DNA from: an uncultured Saprospiraceae bacterium
GTDB lineage: Bacteria > Bacteroidota > Bacteroidia > Chitinophagales > Saprospiraceae
Reading direction: 5' to 3'
Assembly: GCA_938010715.1 (NCBI GenBank)
Contig: CALLVG010000232.1
Location: 1-57,032 of the forward strand
DNA: 57,032 nt
In this document: positions 56,946 through 57,032 of the stretch, piece after piece
Layout: each line of letters begins with the position of its first letter
How positions within the stretch are numbered: position 1 is the stretch's first letter
Program-made: the position numbers and the translations under genes
The notes under the pieces: generated by a model
Seen by the model: the letters and a program-made list of their open reading frames with translations, nothing else
Databases searched by the model: none
What the model was told of the DNA's origin: nothing

Positions 56946-57032
56946 AGTTACCTTATTGAAAAAGTAGGTGAATTCTCACAGGAAAATGGTCGCTATACCC
57001 TCCATAATAATTAGGACCACCATAAGTTCGAT

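Overview
AT-rich Bacteroidota chromosomal segment. Supporting signs: T9SS C-terminal sorting domains, TAnnTTTG -7 promoter boxes, bshC, and a tRNA-Arg/rpmB/rpmG/DUF4295 unit. I call 49 protein genes and one tRNA. Almost all are core housekeeping: gyrA, yidC, secG, aroC, aroE, panB, udk, mltG, carA, eno, pyrG, ychF, fabH, bshC, accD, purB, rpmB and rpmG. A few secreted or outer-membrane proteins are also present: a T9SS agmatine-deiminase/PAD-like protein, a T9SS subtilase, a TonB-dependent receptor and two tandem CotH paralogues. I found no convincing novel multi-gene system. There is no CRISPR array, no defence-like operon, no prophage, integrase or transposase, and no biosynthetic cluster. 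What the ORF track does not explain is a dense network of short non-coding repeats that fills most of the larger intergenic gaps. (i) A ~160-bp foldback MITE-like family has interchangeable termini (AGTAG... or GACTTTATTCT...). A TA dinucleotide flanks every terminus I could see. It occurs as a tandem pair, a chimeric copy, half copies and solo ends. (ii) A second ~127-bp TIR element is present as two ~97% identical inverted copies 36.7 kb apart. A third copy has been split by insertion of a family-(i) element, which is direct evidence of past mobility. (iii) Two further TIR-bounded elements are 147 bp and 257 bp long. (iv) Arrays of GC-rich 13-nt mini-palindromes (GGAGC-N3-GCTCC type) occur in two places. 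Other items worth a second look are an orphan HNH+AP2 homing-endonuclease-like gene beside a reductase-only ribD, a PAS/histidine-kinase-like protein lacking the phospho-acceptor His, and an unlisted 58-codon DUF4295 ORF. All identities and motif matches were judged by eye; nothing was computed or searched.
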